NCBI RefSeq assembly: GCF_050920415.1
Contig: NZ_CP169309.1
Length of the DNA: 64,000 nucleotides
Direction: 5' to 3' (one strand)
Source of the DNA: Escherichia coli
GTDB taxonomy: Bacteria > Pseudomonadota > Gammaproteobacteria > Enterobacterales > Enterobacteriaceae
How positions within the stretch are numbered: position 1 is the stretch's first letter; each line of letters opens with the position of its first letter. The position numbers and the translations under genes were made by a program. Shown piece after piece: positions 50,636 through 59,088 of this stretch. The notes below the pieces were generated by a model. The model had not been told where the DNA came from. It saw nothing but the letters and a program-made list of their open reading frames with translations, and ran no database searches.

Positions 50636-50870
50636 TGTATCCGGTTAATCCGGTGTTACTCACTGACCATTCAGCCGTCCGGCGCTTGATGGCTTCGTCC
50701 ATCGTGATTTCGCCACCTGGCCCGCCTGGCTCAATATATTTTTTTAAATCTCTTGCTATCCACGCCCTTAATTGTTGTGTATCACGGCACAACCTCGCGG
50801 ATAATGTCAGGTCATTAACCAGCTTTGCAAATAGATGTTCTTTTAATTTAGGCTTCATCATCGTCACCAC
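50589..50870 (-). CDS. hypothetical protein (93 aa)
   Basis: ORF in accessory array. Confidence 0.3.
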   Translation of the reverse strand: MVTMMKPKLKEHLFAKLVNDLTLSARLCRDTQQLRAWIARDLKKYIEPGGPGGEITMDEAIKRRTAEWSVSNTGLTGYIEGYNDCLQDHSNGK

Positions 50871-51048
50871 GCTTGTAAATTTTCACAGGCTTAATAGGGA
50901 TGGCGGGTAATTCACCTTCATTTAACGCGCTTGCCATACCCAATATTAAACGCGCTTCAGCACCAGTGACTTTTTTGCACCATGCGCCGCCTGTTTTATC
51001 TTCGAATAAGATAACGGCAAACTGATCGTTTATTTCCAGCTTATCCAT
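50848..51048 (-). CDS. hypothetical protein (66 aa)
   Basis: ORF coupled to upstream Q-like gene. Confidence 0.3.
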   Translation of the reverse strand: MDKLEINDQFAVILFEDKTGGAWCKKVTGAEARLILGMASALNEGELPAIPIKPVKIYKRGDDDEA

Positions 51049-51770
51049 TATTCACCCCGTGTTACTCGTTTAATCTCACTTTCCGCGCGGGCCTCTTCTT
51101 TGAATAGCTCAGCTATGGCGTCTTCATAGAAAACCCGGTATTTTTTCCACCATGTTGATCGGCTTACCGGAAAGACAAGCTGGTTAACCGCCTGCCGGAC
51201 AAGATCTACCGGGAAACGCGAGTACCCGCGCCCGCCGCAGTGTTGGCACGTTTTGAATACTGGCATTTCCGCCGCTTCGCTGGCTGCTTTATCCGGTATC
51301 TCGCCGCGACCTTTGCATTGTTTACAATGATTGCGAACCTTTCCATGCCCCTTGCATTTTTTGCAAAGGTGTTTTTCTCCGTAGTCGTCAAACGTAAATT
51401 TATATCCGCCGCACTCCATACAAGTTTTTTCCGTCGCGGCGCTTTGGCAATAATCCCGAAACGCGAAAACGGCAACAAGAATAATAAGATCATTGCGTTG
51501 TTCTTCATTTAATTCCATCACGTATTCGTAATCTTTCGCCATAGCTCTTAAACGCTCTGTAAGTAATACTACGGCCCTGTGTTTTTCGGCTTGCGATAGT
51601 TCCATCTTCCCTAAAAAAGCGCTATATCCAAGCTCTACGCGCGATTGCGCCATACCAGCGGCGGTAAGCGCATCCGTCGTATTAAGTGCATCAGGTGATG
51701 TTCCCCGGCTTTCGTCTGATAATCGCGGTGATTTTGGGAAGTGGAATTTAAGAATGGATTCTAAATTCAT
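51048..51770 (-). CDS. putative late antiterminator Q-like protein with four CxxCxGxG zinc-finger repeats
   Basis: 240 aa; position directly after RusA/NinG as for Q in lambdoid phages; repeats CMECGGYK, CKKCKGHG, CKQCKGRG, CQHCGGRG. Confidence 0.5.
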   Translation of the reverse strand: MNLESILKFHFPKSPRLSDESRGTSPDALNTTDALTAAGMAQSRVELGYSAFLGKMELSQAEKHRAVVLLTERLRAMAKDYEYVMELNEEQRNDLIILVAVFAFRDYCQSAATEKTCMECGGYKFTFDDYGEKHLCKKCKGHGKVRNHCKQCKGRGEIPDKAASEAAEMPVFKTCQHCGGRGYSRFPVDLVRQAVNQLVFPVSRSTWWKKYRVFYEDAIAELFKEEARAESEIKRVTRGE

Positions 51771-51952
51771 TATTTGCCCTCATAACGTGCCGCCAGCCGT
51801 TTACGATCAGAAATGGATTGCACCAGCTTTCTTTCAAACTCTTTCAGCGCAAGTAATTCGCGCATGTGGAAAGCCTGGATTTGTCTGACCGTCTCTAAAT
51901 CACGCTCGTCGCGCTGAATATCTATTTGCAGATCTTTAACTTCGTTTTTCAT
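51770..51952 (-). CDS. hypothetical small coiled-coil protein (60 aa)
   Basis: ORF between rusA and Q-like gene. Confidence 0.35.
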   Translation of the reverse strand: MKNEVKDLQIDIQRDERDLETVRQIQAFHMRELLALKEFERKLVQSISDRKRLAARYEGK

Positions 51953-52356
51953 TGCTCACCCCACATATTCGTCGCGTATTCGTCAATATCCGGTAGCAGG
52001 TCGCCGCGTTCGCGTACCTTGATAAACAATCGCCCGCCTTTTACCTTCCGGCAGCGTACAATTTTTATTGAGTCGATTTGTCCGTCGTCAGTCCAGAATC
52101 CGGCGTAAGTAAGGCTATCAAAAAGGCATTTGGGGATATTATCCAGATCTCTGATCCGGTTATCCGGCGGCGCGGCATAAATGGCGATTGCCAGTCGGCA
52201 AGATAGGTTAATGTCTAAATTTAATAATTCGATGATGTCTTTTACTTGCTCCCGGTATTCCTTCCCCACTTTGCTGATATAGTGAAAACCGCGCGAATGT
52301 CGGTAATAGCGGTTATTCGATGGCGGGTAAGGCAGGCTAAAAGTATATTCATTCAT
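51949..52356 (-). CDS. rusA: Holliday junction resolvase RusA
   Basis: 135 aa; LPYPPSNNRYYRH N-terminus and Asp-rich catalytic region as in RusA. Confidence 0.88.
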   Translation of the reverse strand: MNEYTFSLPYPPSNNRYYRHSRGFHYISKVGKEYREQVKDIIELLNLDINLSCRLAIAIYAAPPDNRIRDLDNIPKCLFDSLTYAGFWTDDGQIDSIKIVRCRKVKGGRLFIKVRERGDLLPDIDEYATNMWGEQ

Positions 52357-52958
52357 GCCGCCTTTCTCCTTAAGGCGTCCAATTTTGCCTGATAGATGTT
52401 TATTAGCTCCTTACATTCTGCGATCGTCCATTTGTGCGTATCGTTGTTGTTCTCCAGTGCTACCACCCTGGCGAGGCCAATTTTTCGAATCAGCGCCGGG
52501 CGATACCCTCCGATGTTGCCGTCTAGTGTCTGGTTGCAGTGCCTGCATTGCTTGTGACAATTATCCTCGTTGAAGCGAAGGTGTCCGGCGGCGGCTACCG
52601 TCCTGTAATGGCCTGCATCCCACCCGCATTGCTCACCGTAGTAAGTCCCGCATGATATGCACGGCAATCGCGCGTCACGCTCGCGTATATAAGCGTTAAA
52701 AACGTTTTGCGCCTGTTTAATCCAGTAGCTACGCGGATTTAACTGCTTCCGCTTCCGGTTGCGTTCTTCCCGCTGGCTATCACGGCGTTTCTTCCGTTCC
52801 ATAGCCTTCATAGCCTTCTCACGGTCGCGGCATAGCTGATCAAACTTCAGTTCTTCCAGACATTCATCGCTGCACCACGTTTGATTGTGATATTTAGGCT
52901 CAAAAAAAACGCCGCAGCATTTGCAACGGCGTCTTATGGGTTTTTTAGGGTTCTGCAT
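52353..52958 (-). CDS. NinG/Rap-like recombination protein
   Basis: 201 aa from MQNPKKPIRRR with GGGGTGG RBS; Cys/His-rich; nin-region position. Confidence 0.7.
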   Translation of the reverse strand: MQNPKKPIRRRCKCCGVFFEPKYHNQTWCSDECLEELKFDQLCRDREKAMKAMERKKRRDSQREERNRKRKQLNPRSYWIKQAQNVFNAYIRERDARLPCISCGTYYGEQCGWDAGHYRTVAAAGHLRFNEDNCHKQCRHCNQTLDGNIGGYRPALIRKIGLARVVALENNNDTHKWTIAECKELINIYQAKLDALRRKAA

Positions 52959-52972
52959 AAAAACCACCCCTA

Positions 52973-53149
52973 TTATTTTTGATTCTCTGTTTCGTTCAGC
53001 CTTTCGGCGTGTCCGGCCCTTAGCCGATGATCTAAGCATTCGTTGCACTCGTTACGGCCTCCTTTCTTCGTGCTGCATACATTGCACATTGCACGCATGA
53101 CGCTCTCTCGTTCATAGTCGTCATGCCATTGGTAATCATCAAAAGACAT
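52973..53149 (-). CDS. small zinc-ribbon protein (NinF-like, 58 aa)
   Basis: AGGAG RBS; two CxxC pairs; first gene after promoter-like element. Confidence 0.45.
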   Translation of the reverse strand: MSFDDYQWHDDYERESVMRAMCNVCSTKKGGRNECNECLDHRLRAGHAERLNETENQK

Positions 53150-53270
53150 AATGCTCTCTCCTTTTCAGGTGATTTCTACGCATTTCAGCGCTGCCGGATT
53201 TTTAAAGAGCATTTCGTTTGCTTGAAGTATACAAAATGGATGCACCTGAACAAGGCAAAAAGCGCCATTA

Positions 53271-53286
53271 TGTGACCAAAATCACA
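53271..53286. promoter_or_regulatory. CRP-like binding site TGTGA-N6-TCACA
   Basis: tgtgaccaaaatcaca is a perfect match to CRP half-site consensus; lies upstream of minus-strand promoter-like TTGTTC-16-TATACT. Confidence 0.4.
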
Positions 53287-53308
53287 CAATGACGCCATTT
53301 TGTAAACT

Positions 53309-54067
53309 TTAGTCCGGTAAAACGCGGTTAAGCGTAGTCCGCGTGATGGCCCGGTCGTTAGCCAGGAATACAGCACGGGCGAAGCCGCGCGGCGTTAGTG
53401 ACCGGATCATCTTTGTTCGCTTTGCCCGGCCTCCGGTTTTCGCCCACCCAGGGTTATCACCAGAGTTAAGATCTACAGGTCTAAAAATCGGCTGTTTAAA
53501 TCCGTTGCCGCACCAGATGCAAGTTTTCTTCGTGTACGCGTCGCGCGCCGGGTAAACATCCGGGAAAGCAGGATGCTTGTCATCTTCCGGCAGATAGCCA
53601 CCGTAAGCGCACGGATTGAAGATAAAATCTGGTTTACGCCATAACGTTGACAGTGCTCCTACCGGATTTTCCACCATCCACGGGACGTTATACATGTCAG
53701 CCAGTGTTTCGACCAGTTTCGCGTTATATGCCGCCTTCACCTGGAAGTCAGGATCTTTTTCACGCTTGCTGGAGAACCAACGAGCGCCGGACACGGCGAG
53801 ATCGTCGCATGGTGGGAAGGCAAAAATAATGTCAGGATCTGGATAAACAGACAATTCAGGGGAGAATATTACCAGGAAATGGCTATCAATCCAGACATTG
53901 ACATATTCAATATTGGGATGAATTACTTTTACTCCGTCATAATCCCCGTGATTAGCGCCGTCATAGTTGAAGCAATAGCACTTATATCCAGCTTCAGCCC
54001 AATCTTTAACGGCGTACCCGCTGCCATCGTAAAGCGACCATACCACCCAATTTTTAAGACTGCTCAT
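53309..54067 (-). CDS. putative DNA cytosine-5 methyltransferase-like protein (short)
   Basis: 252 aa; LYDGSGYA (motif I-like), FAFPPCDDLAVSG (PC motif IV-like), MVENPVGAL (ENV motif VI-like). Confidence 0.45.
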   Translation of the reverse strand: MSSLKNWVVWSLYDGSGYAVKDWAEAGYKCYCFNYDGANHGDYDGVKVIHPNIEYVNVWIDSHFLVIFSPELSVYPDPDIIFAFPPCDDLAVSGARWFSSKREKDPDFQVKAAYNAKLVETLADMYNVPWMVENPVGALSTLWRKPDFIFNPCAYGGYLPEDDKHPAFPDVYPARDAYTKKTCIWCGNGFKQPIFRPVDLNSGDNPGWAKTGGRAKRTKMIRSLTPRGFARAVFLANDRAITRTTLNRVLPD

Positions 54068-54609
54068 CTTCTACCCTCAAACGTAAAATAGCGGCGCATG
54101 ATGATAGTAATCACCGTTACCGCTGCCATTTTTGAGATGAATTGCATAGCTGATATTTCAGGCATGAATGCCATAAACGATAGCGTAGGAAAAATTAACG
54201 CATCGCCAATGGCGGACGCTATATTTGCAGGCCAGCGTTTTGAATCGAAATCACCAGGTAAAACCCGGTAAACGCCGCCAGAAATAAGCGCACCGGAAAC
54301 AACCGCGACGAATGACGCGATCGCCACCATCCCGGCGTCGTAATTTATCAGCACCGTGATTGCGCCAGCGGCGGCGCATGTTGTAGCCGACCATTTCAGG
54401 CCGCCGTCATATAACAAGAAGTCACGAATCATCATATTGACGCACACAGCGGCTACCGTGGTGATCGGAATTACCCACGGGCCGCAATGGTTAACAATAA
54501 GATTAATGATCACGAAAACGGCGACATAAACGCAGGCTAATAACCTGTCAATTGTCACCTTTTCCATTTGGATCATACCTCTTATCGCGAATAGCTTCTG
54601 ATCTATCAA
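54064..54609 (-). CDS. YhhQ/DUF165-like membrane protein (putative queuosine-precursor transporter family)
   Basis: polytopic; DSKRWPANIASAIGDALIFPTLSFMAF resembles YhhQ C-terminal region; start uncertain. Confidence 0.4.
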   Translation of the reverse strand: MIDQKLFAIRGMIQMEKVTIDRLLACVYVAVFVIINLIVNHCGPWVIPITTVAAVCVNMMIRDFLLYDGGLKWSATTCAAAGAITVLINYDAGMVAIASFVAVVSGALISGGVYRVLPGDFDSKRWPANIASAIGDALIFPTLSFMAFMPEISAMQFISKMAAVTVITIIMRRYFTFEGRR

Positions 54610-55060
54610 ACTTCACATTAAGCCGATTAGTGGCCTCACCGTTAAACATCACAGTATGGATTGTTTTTCCTGGAATAAGCGACGGATCCGGCCCTGATAA
54701 ATCATCGTAAAGTTTTATCCCTCCGCCAATTGGGAGATCAAAAACAGCTTGTTTCTTCCTTTGTTCTTCCTCACGCTCCGTTAATATTTGTTCAGCTTTT
54801 AGTGCGCTGTAGCTAATCAAATCGATTAACGTATCAGTAGGGTCGCTTCCATTGCTTAAAATGGCCTCTAATCGCGCTTCCTTAAGGCAAATCATTAGAT
54901 CCCATACATCAAGCGGGGTTAAATCTGCTCCCTTCTTAGCGTTGTAAATAGCGGCTATTTTTGGCGCTGATTTTTCCTCTTTTTTGTCGTAGCCGTTTTG
55001 TTTGCCTCTTTGCTCTATTGTTTCCGCTGCAAGTCTTAACAAGTCTGTTGCCTTAGTCAT
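54548..55060 (-). CDS. hypothetical protein (about 170 aa)
   Basis: start at MTKATDLL overlapping Dam stop. Confidence 0.35.
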   Translation of the reverse strand: MTKATDLLRLAAETIEQRGKQNGYDKKEEKSAPKIAAIYNAKKGADLTPLDVWDLMICLKEARLEAILSNGSDPTDTLIDLISYSALKAEQILTEREEEQRKKQAVFDLPIGGGIKLYDDLSGPDPSLIPGKTIHTVMFNGEATNRLNVKFDRSEAIRDKRYDPNGKGDN

Positions 55061-55592
55061 TATTCGCACCTCTTGCATATAGCTCTTTACGTGTTATCTG
55101 CGTGAAAATACATTCATGTCTGCACCGTGGATGCCAGATTAAAAACAAGCTCCCCTTATTATTCCCGCTCGCTGGCTTACCAGTAGCGGCATTAATAAAC
55201 GCCAGCCGCCCGCGCGTAATTAATCGGCATTCGTTTGCCGTCTCCACGCCGTTCATAAACCAGCCAACAGAAATGTCGGCTGGCAATAACATTACGCATC
55301 CGATATGGTTTCGGTTGTGTTCAAGCGCCGCTTTATCAACGAATGGCCCCGGATTAGAATATGGTGGATTAAGCCAGACATACTCACCAGGCATTGCCAC
55401 CGCTCCCCACGGATAATGCAACGTGTCCATTTCTTCGGTTATATATCGCGGAACTAATGCGTTTGCTTTGTTTGCCGCCACGTCCGCGACGAATTCGAAT
55501 TCCCGATCCATTCCTCTAAAAACTGGTTTTGGCGTTTGCCATAAGTCTTTTATTTCTTTCGGCGTATGGCTGCCGCCGTAATCATTTTTCAT
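55053..55592 (-). CDS. phage DNA N6-adenine methyltransferase (Dam-like)
   Basis: 179 aa; NPPY catalytic motif in WLNPPYSN. Confidence 0.75.
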   Translation of the reverse strand: MKNDYGGSHTPKEIKDLWQTPKPVFRGMDREFEFVADVAANKANALVPRYITEEMDTLHYPWGAVAMPGEYVWLNPPYSNPGPFVDKAALEHNRNHIGCVMLLPADISVGWFMNGVETANECRLITRGRLAFINAATGKPASGNNKGSLFLIWHPRCRHECIFTQITRKELYARGANND

Positions 55593-55601
55593 TACGCCCC
55601 C

Positions 55602-55886
55602 TTAGAAATAATCCTGATCTGTTCCCCAGCGGTTATTCAGATACCCCACCAACCACACAAAACGCTCAATACTGATTAGCGGGGCGACCTTGCGATAATG
55701 CTTGTCGAGTATCAGCCGCGTGGCTTTATCGCTGTAGCCGTTCTTTTCTACCTCCGCTTTGCAGGCCGAAAGCGCGGCGCGTGCGGCAGTCTTTACGGCG
55801 TTAAATTGCGGCTCAGACATATTAAATAAAGCCATAGGATCACCATGTATCATCCCAATCCGGCGCGGCAGTCCAGCAAAAACCAA
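55602..55886 (-). CDS. hypothetical protein (94 aa)
   Basis: ORF in early-left region. Confidence 0.3.
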   Translation of the reverse strand: MVFAGLPRRIGMIHGDPMALFNMSEPQFNAVKTAARAALSACKAEVEKNGYSDKATRLILDKHYRKVAPLISIERFVWLVGYLNNRWGTDQDYF

Positions 55887-56091
55887 TGAATGCGCTCACA
55901 GCCAATAAAGCGCGGGCTGCAAAAAGAATATTCCCAATGTCGTTAAATTCAGGCAGCGACCACGTAATAAACATAGCCCCAAGCATGACAACACCGATAA
56001 CAGTCAGGGCCGCAAGGAAAACAAAAAGCGTAGCCAAAAGCCACGCCCCCAACCAGTTAAAAAAGCTCTTAAGCATTTTAAACGTCCTCAA
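55840..56091 (-). CDS. small membrane protein (two TM)
   Basis: hydrophobic helices; ends DWDDTW. Confidence 0.4.
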   Translation of the reverse strand: MRTFKMLKSFFNWLGAWLLATLFVFLAALTVIGVVMLGAMFITWSLPEFNDIGNILFAARALLAVSAFIGFCWTAAPDWDDTW

Positions 56092-56281
56092 TTACCCCGC
56101 CTTTCACGCGTTCTTTAATATCCCATACGTGAGGCTTGCATATTTCTTGATAATAGCGATCCGGCCTGCTGCCGAAATACCATTTACCATCCATATAAAA
56201 ATAAACGCCAGAAAAATTACCAGGTGCGGCCTTTGTTGCTGATTCTGGAATTTTCCATTCTCTGTAATTTTTAAATCGCAT
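56078..56281 (-). CDS. hypothetical small protein (67 aa)
   Basis: Tyr/Gly-rich; loosely similar to neighbour 56271..56465. Confidence 0.3.
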   Translation of the reverse strand: MRFKNYREWKIPESATKAAPGNFSGVYFYMDGKWYFGSRPDRYYQEICKPHVWDIKERVKGGVIEDV

Positions 56282-56465
56282 GTAATGACACCTCCCTGAT
56301 AAGTTTGCTTAACTCAATGTTTATTAATCTGCGGAAATGTTGCTTTCCATCAGCAAAGTGCACCAAGTAAATATCACCAACAATGTTATAGTAGTAACAG
56401 CCGCTAAAACCAATTCCTGCCAATTTAGCGTTATCAGGCAACGTATAACCGCCAACATTTTTCAT
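56271..56465 (-). CDS. hypothetical small protein (64 aa)
   Basis: ORF in packed array. Confidence 0.3.
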   Translation of the reverse strand: MKNVGGYTLPDNAKLAGIGFSGCYYYNIVGDIYLVHFADGKQHFRRLINIELSKLIREVSLHAI

Positions 56466-56563
56466 ATATCACCTCATATGGTATTCAATAAACCACCTGA
56501 TAAACAGGCATAAGGCAATAAAACCCCAGCAACAGCACATATAAAACAATGTGTCGTCCATAA

Positions 56564-56782
56564 TTAAGCCTCAATAACACCGTAATCAAACGTGCCTAAA
56601 TACCGTTCGATACTTACAACCTCAATACCATCAATGCACCGTTTCCACACAGACACCTGGCTTTCATTTTCTCTGAAGTGCATATTAGAAAGCACTTCAT
56701 CGGCTGGATAGCCTTTCCCAGCGGCGTAGGCATCGTGACCTACGCCACCTTCTACGCAATAAAGCATGAATTCGCGTTCCAT
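56564..56782 (-). CDS. hypothetical small protein (72 aa)
   Basis: ORF. Confidence 0.3.
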   Translation of the reverse strand: MEREFMLYCVEGGVGHDAYAAGKGYPADEVLSNMHFRENESQVSVWKRCIDGIEVVSIERYLGTFDYGVIEA

Positions 56783-56859
56783 TTTTGCTTCCTCCGCACC
56801 GTAAACCTTTTGATTTCGGATTACAAAACGGATATGCGATTACAATACATAATGTATAT

Positions 56860-57501
56860 TCATGTGATCGGAATCACTCGGTTAATGCAGTACACGTTTT
56901 CCCTGTTCAGGCATCGGCTGTGCGTTTTTCCTTGCATCGTTAAGCGTAGCGATAGCTGCCTGTACTCCCAAAACACTAGCGCGCATATCATCGCCAACAA
57001 AATTACCGTAAAGCACAGGAATAAAAGCCTTAATGTTATCTTCTTCGTGTCCTTCCTCAATAAATTTCTGCAACATCTTAACTTCAAATATTTTTTCATC
57101 ATTCCGCGAATAGAATACAAAGAAGCGCTACCCATTCTGTTTTCATCAATAGGGAAGATAACAGCACTACCAAAAGCCATAGGATCAACATCTTCAGGCA
57201 CTGGAACGCGTCCGAATTCTTCCTCCATGCGTTTTACAAAAGAAAGGCAGAATACATAACGCGCCACCGTTGTTTTTTCTTCCAGGCTTAAAGACACGTA
57301 ATCGCGGATTGACGCATCCATCATAATATCAACAATATGTAGCGCCAGGTTTAAATCACCGTCATACACGCCAGCATCCATATCTTTTAATACTTCGTGA
57401 TAATCCTTAGTTACCACTTCGTGAAAGCTCGCGTCTTCTGTGTAGCGAGTGATTAACATGCCTTCGCTGCCGAGTGAATAAGCTGTTTTGATGTTGTTCA
57501 T
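56860..57501 (-). CDS. hypothetical protein, possibly frameshifted at an A6 tract (or two overlapping ORFs)
   Basis: N-terminal frame and a second frame (56882..57076) can be joined by +1 A at the A6 run 57091-57096. Confidence 0.3.
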   Translation of the reverse strand: MNNIKTAYSLGSEGMLITRYTEDASFHEVVTKDYHEVLKDMDAGVYDGDLNLALHIVDIMMDASIRDYVSLSLEEKTTVARYVFCLSFVKRMEEEFGRVPVPEDVDPMAFGSAVIFPIDENRMGSASLYSIRGMMKKYLKLRCCRNLLRKDTKKITLRLLFLCFTVILLAMICALVFWEYRQLSLRLTMQGKTHSRCLNRENVYCINRVIPIT

Positions 57502-57514
57502 GATATTTATCCTT

Positions 57515-57847
57515 TTATAGTGGGTGATGCCATTTCATTTCTGTTTCTGAATTAAACGGGTTTCCTTCGCTTGAAAGGAATAAATCACGCTCCCGTTTCA
57601 GTTCTTCCGGGCTTATTTCTATTTCATCAATCTGACCGAACGATCCCGGCATCATTCTTTTTAAATCAGATAGCGGACGCATAAGGCCGCAACCGCGTAA
57701 CAGCATATCGACCGCGAATTGTCTACGTCCGGCGGCGTCATTAAAGCGCCGTGCCCAGGGCACAACCACGATCCGGCGTTCGAATTCGATAAATAGTGAT
57801 AGCTTGTTTGTTTCGCTATCATATGCTTTATGGAATTTAATTTTCAT
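57515..57847 (-). CDS. hypothetical protein (110 aa)
   Basis: ORF. Confidence 0.3.
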   Translation of the reverse strand: MKIKFHKAYDSETNKLSLFIEFERRIVVVPWARRFNDAAGRRQFAVDMLLRGCGLMRPLSDLKRMMPGSFGQIDEIEISPEELKRERDLFLSSEGNPFNSETEMKWHHPL

Positions 57848-58028
57848 TTAACACCTCGACGTATTGCTCAAGATGCCATTTACCAACTTCATCCATGTTT
57901 TCGTCGTATATAATGACCTCTCCGCCTTGCCTGAATCTGAAAGCAGTAGCTGTAAATTCACGGCCCCACCACGCCTTTAAGCGCTCCCCGCCTTTCAGGT
58001 GTTTAACCTTTACTTCTTTTATAGCCAT
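57837..58028 (-). CDS. hypothetical protein (63 aa)
   Basis: ORF. Confidence 0.3.
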   Translation of the reverse strand: MAIKEVKVKHLKGGERLKAWWGREFTATAFRFRQGGEVIIYDENMDEVGKWHLEQYVEVLNEN

Positions 58029-58291
58029 ACGCCAAACATCCCATTCAGTCCGGCGAACAATTTCCGCCAGTGGTTTTCAGCATAAGCCCGGAACGGCTTA
58101 ACGCGAACATTGCGGGCCTTCAGTTCAATCTTGTCGAAGAAACGCGGCTCTATAATTGTTCCGTCCAGATATTTAACCAGGATCGGGCGCTCAAGATCGT
58201 TATAAGTCTTGTTCAGCACGACCAGGCCAGGGTCGCTACGATATTCTGGCAAAATAACAAGATCGCCCTCTTTTGCATTCCAAGTAACCAT
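58019..58291 (-). CDS. hypothetical protein (90 aa)
   Basis: ATG at 58291 coupled to upstream mini-ORF stop. Confidence 0.3.
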   Translation of the reverse strand: MVTWNAKEGDLVILPEYRSDPGLVVLNKTYNDLERPILVKYLDGTIIEPRFFDKIELKARNVRVKPFRAYAENHWRKLFAGLNGMFGVWL

Positions 58292-58410
58292 CACATCACC
58301 CCCTTACCAATAAAAGCCAATACCGCAGCAAGTGCTCCACAAAATACAACCGTAAACAGGAAACAAATAACGCAAAACGCGACATTCACAATGTCCTTAC
58401 CGACTTTCAT
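58291..58410 (-). CDS. small hydrophobic peptide (39 aa)
   Basis: MKVGKDIVNVAFCVICFLFTVVFCGALAAVLAFIGKGVM; GAGG RBS. Confidence 0.4.
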   Translation of the reverse strand: MKVGKDIVNVAFCVICFLFTVVFCGALAAVLAFIGKGVM

Positions 58411-58418
58411 GATTAACC

Positions 58419-58532
58419 TCACATATTAGTAATCAGTTTTATGATCGCTACCGTGATATAAAGAGAAGCAGCAAGATAAGCAACAGCTATTGCAACTCCA
58501 GCGGATAACGCTGCTATTTTGATTATGTTCAT
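58419..58532 (-). CDS. small hydrophobic peptide (37 aa)
   Basis: MNIIKIAALSAGVAIAVAYLAASLYITVAIIKLITNM; GGAGG RBS; ATGA-coupled. Confidence 0.4.
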   Translation of the reverse strand: MNIIKIAALSAGVAIAVAYLAASLYITVAIIKLITNM

Positions 58533-58780
58533 TTTTCAGCCTCCGCAATAAATCTATCCAACCATTTATTATTCGCCAGGCGTTCGGCATCTTCGCCAAA
58601 TGATTTACGATCGCTTAATTCCTGTCGAGTAGGGAAAGGCCATTTATCAACCCAGCCCGCAGACGTTTCGAATTCATAGTTGCCGCCGCCGAAATCAACA
58701 AATACATCACTATCATCAAGGCTTTCAGCAGTTCTCTGAAAACCTCTACCGTTATTTTCGCTTAATGTTGTAGCTGTCAT
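58529..58780 (-). CDS. hypothetical protein (83 aa)
   Basis: start placed at MTATTLSE within longer track ORF. Confidence 0.3.
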   Translation of the reverse strand: MTATTLSENNGRGFQRTAESLDDSDVFVDFGGGNYEFETSAGWVDKWPFPTRQELSDRKSFGEDAERLANNKWLDRFIAEAEK

Positions 58781-58793
58781 GATTAACACCTCA

Positions 58794-59072
58794 TTAATCG
58801 TTAATAACCTGGCCCATACGCCCGCGATATTTGCGCATACGTGGATCGACATATTCAGGCCAATGCATATCCGGTTTTCTTTGCAGTGGGTAAAAACTTG
58901 CCTGCCAGTTGTCGAACCATATTTGCTTTGCGTACAGGTCACTAAATCTTTTTGCCATCCGATCCGCTGCCGTGCCGCATAAAAAAAGCCCGCGATCGAT
59001 TTGATCACGGGCTTCTTTTAATACTTGCTCTTTTGTTCGTGGTTGCGGTGGCGGTTTTAGATAATCACTCAT
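58794..59072 (-). CDS. hypothetical protein (92 aa)
   Basis: start placed at MSDYLKPPP. Confidence 0.3.
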   Translation of the reverse strand: MSDYLKPPPQPRTKEQVLKEARDQIDRGLFLCGTAADRMAKRFSDLYAKQIWFDNWQASFYPLQRKPDMHWPEYVDPRMRKYRGRMGQVIND

Positions 59073-59088
59073 CGCTAACGCATTGATT

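Noticed and set aside
51048-51770. DnaJ-type co-chaperone (because of four CxxCxGxG repeats)
   Set aside because: No J-domain (no HPD motif) and no Gly/Phe-rich linker; the position after RusA/NinG favours a Q-type antiterminator with a zinc-binding domain.
53185-53376. 63-aa minus-strand ORF between NinF-like gene and the C5-methyltransferase-like gene
   Set aside because: Overlaps the promoter and CRP-like site; no RBS; low-complexity translation.
53309-55592. Complete 7-deazaguanine (preQ0/archaeosine) DNA-modification system
   Set aside because: Only a YhhQ-like membrane protein and methyltransferases are present; no DpdA/TGT-like transglycosylase or QueC/D/E/FolE genes in the window.
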